Origin: Gnetum montanum
Taxonomy: Eukaryota > Plantae > Gnetophyta
Reading direction: 5' to 3'
Assembly: GCA_015680685.1 (NCBI GenBank)
Contig: MNCI01002989.1
Span: 591,706 to 655,705, forward strand
DNA length: 64,000 bases
Below the pieces are notes generated by a model that was given only the letters and a program-made list of their open reading frames with translations, searched no databases and was not told the DNA's origin. Numbering within the stretch: the first letter of the stretch is position 1; each line of letters starts with the position of its first letter. This document shows, piece by piece, positions 49,340-63,812 of this stretch. The translations under genes were made by a program, and so were the position numbers.

Positions 49340-50660
49340 AATTTGCTAGAGGAGGAGAAGGAGCATCATTATCATTATGGCTACTAAGTTGTTGCCTTCA
49401 CTTGGTACCTGAAACATAAAAAACAAGCAAAAATAAAACATAAAATAAGAAATTAATTATAAATCAACATAATAAAAAATAAGCTATAATTAAATCTAAA
49501 ATACATTAAAATAAAAACTTAAAACAAAACACAAACCTATGAAGGTTTTGGTGCAGGGTCTTCTGAAGACTAGTCTCTAAATGATGAAGAATTTGTTCTT
49601 TTTTCAAGTTAGTTTAATCTTTTGCTCCAAGGTCCACATCCATCATGATGCTCATCCTCGATATCTTTTCATGATGGGGACTCCCCTAAAGGATGGCTTT
49701 TCATGAAAGGGTGGTAGTGGTTGCCTACCCTAAAGTGGTACTAATCTGAGAAGTAGGAGAATTGAACATTACTAAAGAACCTTCAAATAACTTGAAGGCC
49801 TCTTCTACATTGATACCCTACATGAACATCTCTATCTTGTGGCTCTTTATGACCTCCTCTTGCAACCACACTTATAATAACTTTCTTTTTTTGCCTAATA
49901 TTTGTGCTTGTAATCCTGTTGGGCTTTTCCCCACTCAAGGACCCAAGTGCACTAGTCTCTCTAATCTTTAATCTTGCTTACTAGCAGGTTCATCTGAATT
50001 TTCTATTCAACAAGGTTACTAGCCAAGGTGACCTTCCCATGGATGAAATTCAAGTAATGTGACCACTCCATCTCTTGAGTGTGCAAGGAGTCCCTATTGG
50101 CTACATGAGCCTCCACAAACTCCTTGTGATACCTAAGGTCTTTGATCTCCTCGGCTTGTTGTTTTGTCTTCTTCTCCAATGCTATAACTTGTTCCCATAG
50201 GAATTTGTTGGAATGTTGAATATCCCACAAAGTCTTGGACCATGAGAGAGCACATTCAGTGGCACTCTTGTATAGCCTTCTTTGAACATTTTCCACTTCA
50301 GGGCGTATCTTAGATAGCTTATCAAACTCAATGTCACATTTTGGATTCCACCCAAACATGGATACTATAAATAAAAGAAAAAATAATAAAAATGAAAATA
50401 ATAATTAATCAATGAAAACATTTTAAACAATCAAGACCATATAATCATGAAACTTAGAAAGCCATGAAACCAAAAATATAAAATATATATATAAACAAAA
50501 ACCAAAAAAATTACACAAGTATGCTAATGTTCTTCCCAACATCAAGAGTAATCTATCGCAACTGATTAACTATGTCTTCAGCCATTCCACATATGAACTT
50601 TATTTTCTCTAGAACCTTCACCCATGGTTTCATATAGAATGTAGAGGTTGAGGTTTCTAC
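49340..50660 (-). pseudogene. 3' half of a second, diverged copy of the spliced accessory gene
   Basis: ORF 50003-50359 (PEVENVQRRLY..TLW..NKFLW..FVEAHVAN) aligns with 26532-26800 (PEVENVP*KLY..TLW..NKSLW..FMEAQVAN); same TTATAG acceptor position. Confidence 0.75.
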
Positions 50661-51235
50661 ACTTTTTTTACGTGAGAACCACACCATGCAAAGACTTATT
50701 ATTATTTTATTTTATTTTTCACTTAGCTTCCTAATAGTAGGTCAATGTCGGAATGGTAGAATACCCGTGAAAAGCATCCAAGTACCCAAGAGAATAGCCA
50801 ACACAAGTGCGTCGAATCCCCTTGAATTCACACCCTTTTCAACCATTGGGTCCTTCATTGGTTTGAAGAATATGAAGCCACCAATTCATTAACAAGTTTA
50901 TTTAAAAAAAGGAACAGTACAAGTCCAAGCCAAGGGAGACCATAGAGTTGAATGGATGAATGGATGATGTGCACTCATTGCCTGTTTTATCAAAAGAACC
51001 ATATCGTAGTATCAACATTGAAAATCAAAGGAAAAAACCAAACATTAGCAACCAACATTATTATAGTACAATCCACCATCATGAGCACTTATTGTAAGAT
51101 GAATAAAAGTAAATCAAATGAAGAAATAGTAAAATTGTGAACGATGGTGTAAAACAAAAATAAGTAAATTTGAAAAATTTGCAAAACAAAAATGTGTAAA
51201 ACAAAAATACAAAAGGAACTGAGGGCTTTGAATGG

Positions 51236-54200
51236 TTAGCATTGGTGGCCATCTCCCCCACGATTGAAGTGGTAGGAGGCAATCCGAAATAGGGAGCAAG
51301 GTTGTCCACCAACAGAGGTAGCATTGGTACTGGCTATCCTAGGCTCATAGAAAGGTTTGGTTTGTTGGACGTTGACCAATAGTTTCTTGTCCAGGCTCTC
51401 AGGTTTGTAAATCATCATGGCCCCTAAAGGAAAAGTTTCATGAATGACATAAGGTCCTTCCCACAATGTTTGAAATTTGGTTCGTTGTGGCACATGTGTG
51501 GGATTCCAGTAGAGAACCTTATCTCCTAGTTGATATTTAAGTTTTATAATCCTTAGGTCATGATGTTGTTTATTGAAGGCCTTGTGCAATTTGTTAGATG
51601 ACAGGGTGGCTAATCGGTTCTCATCTAGCAAGTTATGGGTCATTAACCATTCTTTTTGTGCTAGATCAAGGTCAAGGTTGCGATCACATGCCATAGATAG
51701 TGTACGTAGTTCTGCTTGAATGGGAAGTGTTGGAAGCTTCCCATACATTAACTCATAGGGAGAGTAGTCAATAGGAAGTTTCCATGTGGAGTGGTATGCC
51801 CAAAGAGCATCGTTTAGATTGGTGCTCCAATCTCGCCTATACTTGCTAATAGTTCTTGTCAATATTTTTGTAATCTCTCTATTGGTGACTTCGGCTTGAC
51901 CATTCGCTTGAGGGTGGTATAGTGTAGTCAGTTTGTGTTCAACCCCTAAGCATTTCATTAGCTTCCAAAAAGTTGCACCTATAAAATGTGTGCCATTGTT
52001 AGAAATAAGTGCATGAGGCATGCCAAACTTGTTTACAATTTGTTATTGAACAAATCGTGCAGCTGTAGATAATGTACAATCCTTAACAGTGTCTGCTTCT
52101 GCCCATTTTATAAAGTAGTCAACAGCAACAACAATGTAGGCTTTTCCATTGGACATTAGTGTAATAGACCCCATAAAATCATTTCCCCATATGTCGAAGG
52201 GTTCTAATGGTTGAATCCATTGTTGCAGACCCTCCATTCTAGTAGTCATTTTTCCATCACGTTGACAGTGCTCACAAGATTGGATGAAATGATGGGCATC
52301 CCAAAACAATGTAGGCCAATAATATCCTGCAAGTAGGATTTTAATGGTTGTTTGTCTCCCAATATAATGACCCCCACAAGGACCCTCATGAGCATCTTGG
52401 AGAACTCGTAGTTAATTTATATCAAGGACGCACCATCGAACTAAGCCATCGGGACATACTTTATAAAGTTGCTCATTGATTTCCATAAAATACTTAGCTC
52501 AGTGACGAAATGGTTGTTTCATTTTAGCGTCTAACTCTTGTGGTATTTGTTATGTAAGGAGATAGGTGAGAATACTACTATACCAATTTTTCTTCATGGT
52601 TAATTGGTTAGTTACTACACCTGCAAAGAGTCCATTAGGGAAATGACCAGAAATTGGATACTCATCCTCTTTGTTGTTCCATCACAACCAAGATAAATGA
52701 TCAGCAACTACATTCTCGATGCCTTTTCGATCAATCATCGTAAGATCAAACTCCTGTAAGATTACAAACCATCATATAATGCAAGGGCTCACCATTGATT
52801 TATTCATTAGGAACCGTATTGCACTATGATCCGTATGTACAAATACCTTATAACCCAATACATAGTGCCTAAATTTTTCTAATACAAACACTACAGCCAT
52901 TAACTCTTTCTCTATTATAGTGTAGTTAATTTGTGCATCAGCAATATTCCTACTTGCACAGTGGATGTAATAAGGACATTTTTGGCCATCTAACTATGTA
53001 AGTATAGGCTCTAAAGCATAGTTGGACACATCAGTCATTATGTGGAATGGTATGGACCAGTCAGGAGCTTGTAGAATGGGTGTTTCTACAAGCTTCTGTT
53101 TTAAAGTTTGGAAAGCTAATTTGCATTCTCTAGTCCATTCAAAACGTACATCCTTTTTCATTAGCTCAACCAATGGTTTTTAAATCTTTGAAAGTTCTCA
53201 ATAAAGCATCTATAATAGCCAATGTGTCCAAGGAATAACCAAATATCTTTTACAGTTTTAGGTTATTGAGTAATTCTTTGGATAACTTTGATCTTTTTAG
53301 GGTCTACCTCGATCCTTGTTTGTGAAATATTATGCCCTAATACAACGCATTCTTGGACCATCAAATGGATTTTTTGCCAGTTGAGCCTTAAGTTGGTTTC
53401 TACACATCATTTTAGTACTTGCTCTAACTGGTCCAAGGCTTGATCAAAGTTAGCTCCGTAGGTGGAGAAGTCATCCATGAAGACCTCCATACCGTTTCCC
53501 ATCTGCTGCTAGAATATGCTTAGAACTAATTATTGAAATGTTGCAAGGGCATTGCACAAGCCAAACGACATCCACATTGGACTAGTGAACGTAGTCTTTG
53601 CTTGGTCTTCTGGGGCTATTTGTATTTGGTTGTACCCATTGTACCCATCCAAAAAACTATAGTAGTGATACCCTGCAATGGTGTCTAAGACTTGGTCAAC
53701 GAATGGCAATGGAAAGTGGTCTTTGAATGTTGCCATATTCAGTCGCCTAAAATCCATGCACACCCTCCATTTACCTTCCTTTTTGGGCATAATAACTAAG
53801 GGACTAACTCATTCACTATTAGCAATGGGGTATATGAACCCAGCTTTTAGAAGTTGTTCGATTTCTTCCTTAACCACTTGCTTAAGCTTTGGGTTAAGTT
53901 GCCTCCACAATTGTCTTCGAGGCTTCATGGAGGGGTCGATGTAAATTCTATGTTGGCATATCTTAGGATATATTCCTATTAATTTTGGATATGACCAAGC
54001 AAAGGCTTTTGACCATTTATTTATTACCTTCAATAGTCTCTCTTTTTGTTGAGAAGCAAGCTTAGTGTTAATAATTATCAGTTTTTCATTCTTGAGAAAC
54101 GTGTATTCCATACCAATGGGCAATGATTTTAACTCAAGGGGCTCCATACCAATGGGCAATGATTTTAACTCAAGGGATTTCCAACTTCCTCCAGTTGATA

Positions 54201-57200
54201 TTTTCAAGGTCAAGACTTAGAAGTTGGCAATGGAGTTGCTCTAATGTGTCTATGCTATCGATGTAAGTGCACGTCAAATCCTTAGTTGGTTCCATGCATA
54301 TAGTTGAATTACTCTCTTGATCAGCTGTTAGCCACTGGGTGCCTTCTTATCTTGTGGCTAATGCATACAGGCACCTTTGTATATTAGTCACTTGTGTACA
54401 CTGATTGCATGCAGGCAATGATAAACGTTGTACAAACCATGACTTCTGCATGCAATTACACCTTGTGTCACTGTATGCGATGCACGGAACTTTCTTCTTC
54501 TTGATCTTTCCAAACATACTTTCCTTTGATATTTCCAGGGAAAGATCACAAATTCCTAGGTGCACATCAATTGTTCTTAGCCATGCTCTTCCCATTATGA
54601 TTGGGAAGTCTCCCTTACTGTTGTTGACCTAAATCACTAGGAAATTGGCTAGATACGACCATTCACAAATAGTGGTGACAATGTCCTCCACTAGTCCTAA
54701 TGGGACAATGATGGACTCGTCAACCAAATCTAAACAAATGTTACTGTTTTTTAATGGAGGCAGGTTCCAGGCCTTGTACATTTCTTGAGAAATTAAGTTG
54801 ATCCCAGAACTTGAATCGAAAAGAGCTTTGCATGGCTCATTCCTAGCAATCTGTAGATATATAAGAGGACTCCCAGGATCAAAGAATTTCCTAGGAAGAT
54901 GGCCAGCTTTTATCCAATCAATGACGGCATGAGTTAACATGACTATATGCGTTGGGTGCGGTGTTTGGTTTGAAGGGAGTTTTGAAGTTTTGATTGGTAC
55001 TGAGGTGTCTAAGGGATTAGCCACTTGTGGTTGCAAGGACTTAGTCGGACTGTTGGTTCTAAAGAAAGTTCTTTTCTTCATGTGGTTTTCAGGACCAATA
55101 GTAGATTAAAAGTTAACAACCCTCGTAGCATTACATTGCTGCAGTTGGGTAGGGAGCTCACCCTGCATAGTTGAAGAAGGTGGTAATGGAGATATGGGTG
55201 GAAGAGATGCAACCATATGAGAAGGATAGTATGTTTGTGGAACATCACCCCTAGGAGAAGGAGTCCTATAATACTCATAGGCTTGGTAGTGAGGTGGAGG
55301 AGTGACATGACCAGTAGAGTCACATGGAGAGATTGGTTGCTGCATGTAATATCCATATAGGTCAAATCGATGATGAGGATATTATTGCCATGGTGGTGTC
55401 ATTCCCCATGATTGTGGGTGCTGCCATTGTTGATACTACTTAGTTGGTTGTGTTGGATTTCCACTTGGATAATACATTAAGGGTTGGTGGAACTACCTTA
55501 GGTTACCTTGAGGATAAGGTAACCTTTGGGGTGTTTTCCTTCTATTTAATCGTGGGTTGAGTGCATACACCCTAGACTCTTGCAGATGTGAGATTACAGG
55601 GCAACATCCCTTAGGATGGTCATATTGGCATATCTCGCACCCACTATCATTGTCTATATCTAAATCCACAACCTCTTCAATGATGACAACTTTTCCCTTA
55701 CCTTTGTTACGTGCATATTCAGCTTCTCTCTTTTTTCTCTTTTCACGATCACTACCTTGCTTTCTAAACTCCTCTACTATTTTGAGAATAGTTTGAAATA
55801 TATTATCTAGGAAGTCCCACATTTGGTCTAACTTTTCCAATACTTTCGATTCCAACCTTTGAATAGGAAATGTTTTCCTATTCACCATCTCTTCGAGTGG
55901 TGACTCTTTTTCATCCTCACAAAATCTTACTCCCTTTCTTTGGAGGGAAGGATCTTTGTTATATTCCTCCACACTCTCTCTTTTCCTTAGGTCACCTTCT
56001 TCTTTAGCAACTTGCTTCAATAATCTCTATACTTGATGGGCCCTAAGCTTGTAGAGTCTTCCTTGGGCATAAGTCCCAAGGGTTCTTCGTATTTCATGCC
56101 TAAGCCCATCTACTAGATGGCGCAGTTGATCCCTCTACAAGTAACCATGGCATGGGCAACAATGTAACAATGCATAATATCAGCCCATGGCAGCATCTAA
56201 GGGTTCATGTCCTCCTTTTTTCCATCCTTGGATTTTCTTTTATAGGTTGGACACTCGGGAGTATGTTTGGTACTTATCATTGAACAATTCTAACATAGTA
56301 CTCCACCTACAAATGGATTTCGGTTCTAAGGACCGGTACCAACTCTTCGCTTCTTTGACTAGTTTTTGTGGGAACAACTTTAGTTTTTTCCATTCATTGT
56401 TTTGTAAGGCACATGCATCATGAAATTCTTGTAGATGATTTTGAGGATCAACATTGTATCCCCCTTCAAATCATGTGATATTGTTCATGTCTAATATTTT
56501 GATCCTACTATCTTTTTAGTGCCTTGTTGAAACTCTAATAACCTCAGTTATGTCTAGCATACTTCGAGTAGCGAGTAGGGGTTCATCGTGATCGTCCCAT
56601 CTATGGCTTCTATGATGCCTATGTTGTTCCCTACTTCCCCTTCTTCTATGCTATGATTCTCTAGAATGCCCTCGTCCCCTTCCTTGACTATTTCGTCTAT
56701 GACTCTCACCTTGCCTATCTTTATCCTCATGGTCTTTTCCTCTATGACTACATTCGGATCCTGAAGGAGAGGGTGAAGGATATTATGAAGGTAAAGAAGG
56801 AGGGAAACCATCATCTTGATGATGCCTTCTTCCTTCTCTTTGGTGGTCGCGGCCTCGCTCACGATTATGATCAAAATGTCCATCTTTATTATGCATTTGT
56901 GTTCCTTTTTCAGACCCTTTATGTCCGTTGGTATTAGAACCTGGATTATGGATGGTTGAGTGAAGATTCTGATACACAACCCCTTGACTGAAGTCAACAG
57001 GAGGAACTTCATTGTGTGGGAGACTTCTCGAGGCAGGTTCACTGCCCTCATTTTCACTTATGACATACGGGACATTCTGAGACAACTTTCCCTTCATGGA
57101 TTCATGATGTCTCTCCTGTTGTAGATCCCTTTGACGTTGTGCCTCTATGGGTCGATACTCTCTCGAGTCATGATCATGCACAATGTACTCTGCTTGTAAG

Positions 57201-57469
57201 TGCTACATACCAATTCATGTGAGATCATGAGGGAGCATGCCCAGGACTGAGCGATCAGGAGGTAACACTATGTTACCTTCTAAATCACACCAACATAGTT
57301 GTTCATCTTGATGGATGATAAAGGTAAAGTTTGGTACATATTCATCAAGATGAACATACACCACATTGAAATGTTGAGGGACTGGTGGATTATCATGTGT
57401 ACTACACCTCCGATTATTCCCTGTATCAAACCTAGGTGGTGAAACACTCTCGTAAGAAGAAGGAGACAT
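51236..57469 (-). pseudogene. pol: Athila gag-pol pseudogene
   Basis: GCEICQYDHPKGCCP knuckle; ALFDSSSGINL protease; KWRVCMDFRRLN..FLDGYNGYNQI RT; YHPQANGQAEVTNREI integrase. Confidence 0.95.
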
Positions 57470-57589
57470 AATTGCCTATTCAATGTGCAATACTCTTCGT
57501 TTCACTATTTGTAAGATAACCAATCCTAAGGGTTCATTCCAATGATGAGAAATATTTCCTAAGTTCTAATTAGTGCACAAACAACAAAG

Positions 57590-57607
57590 TCCCTAGCAAT
57601 GGCACCA
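57590..57607 (-). promoter_or_regulatory. Primer binding site, tRNA-Asp (CpG-decayed)
   Basis: TGGTGCCATTGCTAGGGA. Confidence 0.8.
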
Positions 57608-57608
57608 A

Positions 57609-58444
57609 TGATAAGCAGCGAGGTATCCCTATGCTCAACCATACGAATATAAGCATACACGCACGATCTGGTCAAATTCCAAGGACTAAGTTCTTATGTG
57701 CCTTTGTGGAACAAGGATGGGTTGATCAATCATTGTCTTCCCAAGCTTACTTGTATATCACGATTGTATGGTTAAGTAAACTTGAGGTACATAATTTTTA
57801 TAGTTTTTATGTTTCTATGTTTTGGTGCTACAAAGGGAGGAGAGAGATAACCAAGTAACTAATTTAATTTAACTACTCAACTATGCTTTAACTAGTCCTA
57901 ACACCAATATCCATTCTCATTTGCCATACACATCCTGAACTAGTGCAACACTACTGGGATTAACAAACGCTAATCGTTATTGGGTTACCAAGCATTACAC
58001 GCATGCTTGAAGTGGTCGTACTAAGTGTGCTTACTTAGGAGAGTTGTAGGGTGAGAGAGAGAACATTAATTAACTAAGGAAAACATTAAGTAATAGTAAT
58101 TAACATTAGTTAATCTATTCTTAATGCTAAAAGGTTTATCACAAAGTTCATCTTTATTGTCGTACACAAGGTGTGCTTAGGTACACAAAGCTCAAATAAA
58201 GATCCATTCACTTTATAACTCCTACTGCGGGCACTCAGAAATAATTCTATCTTTCGAAAGGAAAAAAGGCAAGAGTTTGGGTAAGAGACTAAGACTAACT
58301 ACCAAAACCAAGTGCGCTCGCCTCTTATTTATAGGCAACGAGGCAAATCCCGATATCGGATGCCCGATATCGCGTGGAAGGCTCCGATATCGTGGACCCG
58401 ATATTGCAGATGCGATATCATGGACCCAATATCGCTGTTCATCA
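57609..58444 (-). repeat. Athila 5' LTR
   Basis: TGATGAAC...CTTATCA termini; homologous to 43497-44425; CTATAAATAAGAGG; CGATATCG array. Confidence 0.88.
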
Positions 58445-60620
58445 AAGTCACATAGCCTTAGCATTAATATTAAAAATCAAGTTATTAGGAAGATGTGTAT
58501 GCATGGTTAACACACATTTAATTGTCAAATCAATATGTCCAGATGTTAGATTGTGCCAAGGAGCATACTTGATTAAGAAAATAGAGGAATGTTTGAAGAA
58601 AAAATTATTCCTAATACATATCGATCCAAGGCCAATTATCCCTTGTGGAGACTTCAATGTGAAAGTTGGAAGTAGTATTTATTAATTCATAAAATATGGA
58701 GGTGTAAAAAACTTGTTGAAAGATGAATCTGATTTGAGGAAAATGTTTTCATCAATTCAACATGCAATTCTATTGGCTAGCGCATATTTTGCTTACTTTG
58801 AATCTTCAATAGATAAATCATATCCCAAAATTCAGAAACAAATGTTGTTGATGGATAGTACTCATCAAGAACCACCTTTTACTAATTTCTTTGCCATGAT
58901 TAAGGAAGATGGATCAACATCATTCTTCATTAAGATCCTAAATTGTATTTGGTATGATGTCTAATTCTTCCAAGTTACCAAGTTAGTATAGTTAACTTCT
59001 AAATAAGAAATTGAGAAGAATCAAGATCAAGCCTTGCCATCCTAAATAACACCATTTGATCATATATCACTTATGGTAGAACTAAGACTATTTTCATTAA
59101 TTCATAAGGTTGATCAAGATCAGGAATTATCTTAACCTTACTTTTATTTATAATTTTCATTATTTTCTTTATTTTTTAATTTGATAAGTAAAATTTATAC
59201 AGTAATGAAAGTTGAGAACTAAGATTTTCCCTACATTCACTTGGATAACCAAATACAAGTTGCACTTTGTGTAACCTTGGTTAGTACTAGTGATTGGTGG
59301 TTGATAGATCCCTAATTCAACTCTTATCATTATGCTAGAAAATGATATTATTATTGAGAAAATATTAATACTTATATAAATTATTCTCACTTATATTTTA
59401 TTTGTAGAATAAGTAAGAAACAACTTTAAGTTCAAAGGAGAAATCAAATTATTAGAGCATAGGTTCATAAAAGAAGCATTTGAGTTAGAAAAAGATAGTA
59501 AACATGGACTTGTTCAAGGATGAACAAAACCTAATGGAGGTAGATTCTAATGTCTCCATTCCCAAAAGGTGCCACTACATAATGAAGATGGTGTCTACTC
59601 ATAACTAACATTGAGATTAGTATAACAAAACCCAAAATGAAAAGTTGTAATTAAGACCCAAGAGGATGTGTTGTAGTCATGGACATTTCTCTTGAGGTGA
59701 CCTTTAGGGGTTTGACCTAAGGTATTTCTAATCAGGCATTAGAGGTTGTATCACTATGGAGTTGTGGAGATGGAAAAGGCAAGTAATAGGTGTTGGGTGA
59801 AGCTAGACAAGAAGAGGACTGGCCATCCCTTCTGGCTGGTTGTAGACCTAATCATGATGTTTGTGCTAGATTGCCTCTAAGGAATAGATACCTACAGAAG
59901 AAAATCCCAAGGAACATCCAGAGCATGATCCAGATACATCATTCCACATTAATAAAGCATATTTTCCTCTTTTCTTCTACATTCTTCTTATTATTTTCTT
60001 TACTCTTACTATTAAACATTACATATATTTAACATTTGGTTTGTTATCTTCTTATGCATAATGTCTAATATAATGTATATTCGAAGTTTTCCATGACATC
60101 TAGGAAGGGAATGTCATAGGAAACTTATAGGTTTTTTTTTTATCAATGAATTTAGATTGAACAGATAGACACAATATGTATCTTCATCAGATAAATACTC
60201 AAAAAAGGTGATAATGGAAAAACATGATAAAGGATGGCTTAAAAAAAGTTGTATAGCTTAATAAATGAAATATTTAAGTGTGCATTCTTTTAATATGATC
60301 CCAAACTAGTTTCAAAATTGGTAAAATAAGGTATTTAAAGAGCATTGGGAAACTATAGAATAAAAAATACATTTCTATTTGAATAGTACTAAGGAGGCCT
60401 TATTCAAAGGAAAACTATTTATTTGCTCTGATTCCTACTCATTTAAATGCATCTGCATAGCAAAAATAGAATCTCGTTTTCTAAGAGTTGAAATAAATAG
60501 ATGACTTAAAATTTCTTCTAAAGAATGAATATGCTAAGTGTACCATACAAATAATATTAAAGATGAATAATACATTTTAATGCATTGTCCATTAAAATAC
60601 ATTAAACATATATAGAATGT
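58445..60620 (+). mobile_element. Decayed LINE remnants (APE endonuclease piece and C-terminal zinc finger; other sequence in between)
   Basis: IIPCGDFNVKVG at ~58635-58670; LRVEINR*LKISSKE*IC*VYH..IKDE*YILMHCP at 60481-60591. Confidence 0.6.
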
Positions 60621-62399
60621 TGCATGCAAATTTAGGTAAACACTAATAATTTTCTACATGATATTTTCAAAGCCCATATCATATATATTTCTATTACATA
60701 GATATACATAACAAAATTTCAATTTTAATAATTTAAATTTCAATGCCTATAATAATTAGCGTGGCAATGATGTTTTTGAAAACTTAAAAGATACGACTAT
60801 GTCCACTTGTGAGCCTATTCAAAACCACATTTAATGGCTTTTAATTTCAAGAATATATGGTAGGAATTGCACAATTTTTAATATTTCACTAGGGTTTCTA
60901 AAGTGACCTTAACATGGAGCAATGACCAGTGACTATACATAACCAGCACTTATTACCAACACGTGGTGACTAATTATCAGAAAATAACATACTTCACAAT
61001 GCATAAACATAATTATGATGTACTTTAATTGAGAAATGCCAAAGTCCAAACAATAAAAATTACATTGATCCATGTGTATAATGGGCATGTGGAAATTGCA
61101 AATTAAAAACTAACATACTTTAGCAAGCAATCAAGAACCAGAAATTCATATGGATGTTTCAAAGATTTTAATTGCATTTTACATTTTTTTTTTGTAAGTC
61201 TTGTATATCAAAACATTCAATAATTTTTTTGGAGAATGTCTAATGTATGATATTACTAAGTATATATATATTTAAGAGCATATTTAGAAAAGAAAAATGT
61301 GTAACATTATATTCTCTAGATGTAAAATTGTCTGAAAGCCTTTGAAATAATTTAGTTTACATTCAATTAATAAGTTTATCATATGTTAAAAATCACAAAT
61401 ATGCTTTAGCCTTTCTTAAGAAAATGTCAACCAACCAATGATTAATAGTTAAGTAAAAATACAAATCCAAGCCTAAATAATAGATTGATAAAAGTATTTT
61501 TAGTATACTTTAACTCTAAAGGTAAAGAGGACAATGATTGATGCAAGTACTTAAGATGTGCCTTTAACTTGGAATTATTGTAGCATATAAACATGCATAC
61601 TAGACTTACTTACATCATCATACATGATGTAGACTTTGTAAAAATAAATAAATTTCTATAATAATAGTTAAAATTTATACATAAAGTAAATCTTCAACAT
61701 CTTGTTTATTATAGTAAGTCCATGCTACTATTTGTACCTTATGTAGATTAAAATGGTTTTTATTTTATTTTATTTAAATTTATGTTTTTGAGTTTTCAGG
61801 ACTATTCTTTAGATAGTAAGGTGTTTGTTTCTAAAGTTTTAAAACTTGTGTTTGACACTAAGTACAACCTAGACTTTTGCTCTTCCATGCTCTAACATAT
61901 TTGTCTCAATAAACATTGAACCTTCAAATGATTATGCTTTTTTATGCATTTTTAAATTGCACCCTTATGCCAAAGAATTGCACCCTTCCTAAATTATGCT
62001 TGCCCTTAATTTTATGCATGACAAATGACGTTACCCATGCTACATGAAGAGGATTACACTCTACCCTACATAGAGCTTACAGCTCATTGGCTATGGGATA
62101 TTAAGAAATCAACACTTTGCCAAAGACCTTCCTTAATTACCTTTTCTTGGATCTCTACCATCATCATCTATCATCATCCTTAGTTATTGTTGGTGGCTTT
62201 GATGCATTTATAGAGTAAGCACATGCAAAAAGTTAGAAAATAACATTCTTGAATAATATGTTTACTAGAATCATGAGAGTTGGAAGAAGTCAAAACGCAA
62301 CTCTCATGTACAACCTTTACATGTGCAAGATCTAGCTACATAATATATAATCTTTAAATGTGCCAAATTACATAGTATATACTATATAGTATATGTTAC

Positions 62400-62860
62400 T
62401 TTTATTAATCTTTAAAAATGATTAGTAGATCAAACTTGTTGGTAGCCATTGTAAAGATGAAAAGATAAGAACATTGATTTTCATCTTCCAATAGGCTTTA
62501 AAAATATTGATCTCATTACCAATAGCTTTATGCAATCAAAAACTAATTCTAATTTTTTACATGGGGCCTAACCTTGATGACATTTCTTACTAGATCATCA
62601 ATTTGAACGATATTACCATGGACATTTAAGTAAATATTTTATCACAGATAAATTCTATGTTTCTTATGTGGCCTAACCTCACTTCATCACCAATGTTAAT
62701 AACATGTACTTTACCTAAAGATCCAAACTTCACTACTCCAATGGAATAAATGTTTAAATTGTTACATAGGTTAACATCTTTATAATTTTGTCCATTATAG
62801 TATACAGTCCCTTGCAAAAGCTCCCACTACTTCAAACTCTATAATTCCCATCTACTACAT
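62400..62860 (-). pseudogene. Ty1/Copia pol remnant (protease end and gag-pre-integrase region)
   Basis: DVNLCNN..GVVKFG..GKV..LGHIRNIEFI and a decayed WH.RLGH-like segment at ~62560-62582. Confidence 0.45.
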
Positions 62861-63812
62861 GTACTTCTCAATCATGGTGCACTTGGCTTGCGAGATGAGC
62901 TCTACTAAGCTCTCTTGAGCTGCCCAACATACTTTTTATACTCCTCATGCACCACGAACTTGCATGAACTCATTAGAGTTACCTCTAGTTCATTATTGCA
63001 CTCTAACAACTTATACAAATCTATACTTCTTATAGATTTTTCTTTCTGTCTCCTTTAGAAATACATTAATTGTAGGTCACTTTGACATCTTTCTGGCCCT
63101 ACTTTTTCCTTTCATCAAACAACTTTAAAGTTTGAACTAAAGGAATCATCGATCATGGTAATGAGATACAACTGTATTTTTCCTATTATTAACCCACTCA
63201 CAAGTTTTGATTTGCTAATCAATAAACAATTACATCAAATTGATGACTTCACATAACTAATAGTTAACAAATATTTATTATTTTTTAAGGAAACAATAAA
63301 AATAAAGTAATAAAAAAACATAAGAATATATCCTATGGAAAAACTAGAAAAACCCTAGCAAGAAATAGGCTCTTGGATCTTTCTTAGCTCATAGAGAATT
63401 ACAAAAGCACAATGAAAAATAACTAATAGGAAAGCAAATATCACAAAGATGAAAGCAAAACACACTATATATTTTTCCTTTAGGACCTCTATGTAATCTT
63501 ATGTATAGTGTGGGATGGACATCCATGTTAGTGTTAGGTGGACATAAATCACACATTAACTATAATAAAATGACTAGGGATAAATAATAGTTTACATTGA
63601 TTACAATATAGATATCTACAATTAAATATACAACAAAGAAGTATATCATACCATAACTATTATAACAACACAATTACAAAAGAATAGTGATTGTATCTAA
63701 GTATCACTATATTTAAGCTAATATGAACAACTATTTGCCTTCACTGTAATCATAATTCTCCTTCTTAAAGGTAAAACTACCATAAAGTAGAATCCAAACC
63801 TTAGATCGTATT

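Larger units (their letters stand above)
50662..58444 (-). mobile_element. Athila-type element (LTR, PBS, complete but decayed gag-pol; truncated in 3' non-coding region)
   Basis: LTR 57609-58444; PBS 57590-57607; all pol domains present. Confidence 0.92.

Noticed and set aside
54090-54178. Repeated LELKSLPIGME peptide in pol
   Set aside because: Local tandem duplication absent from the paralog at ~35300; copy-specific mutation
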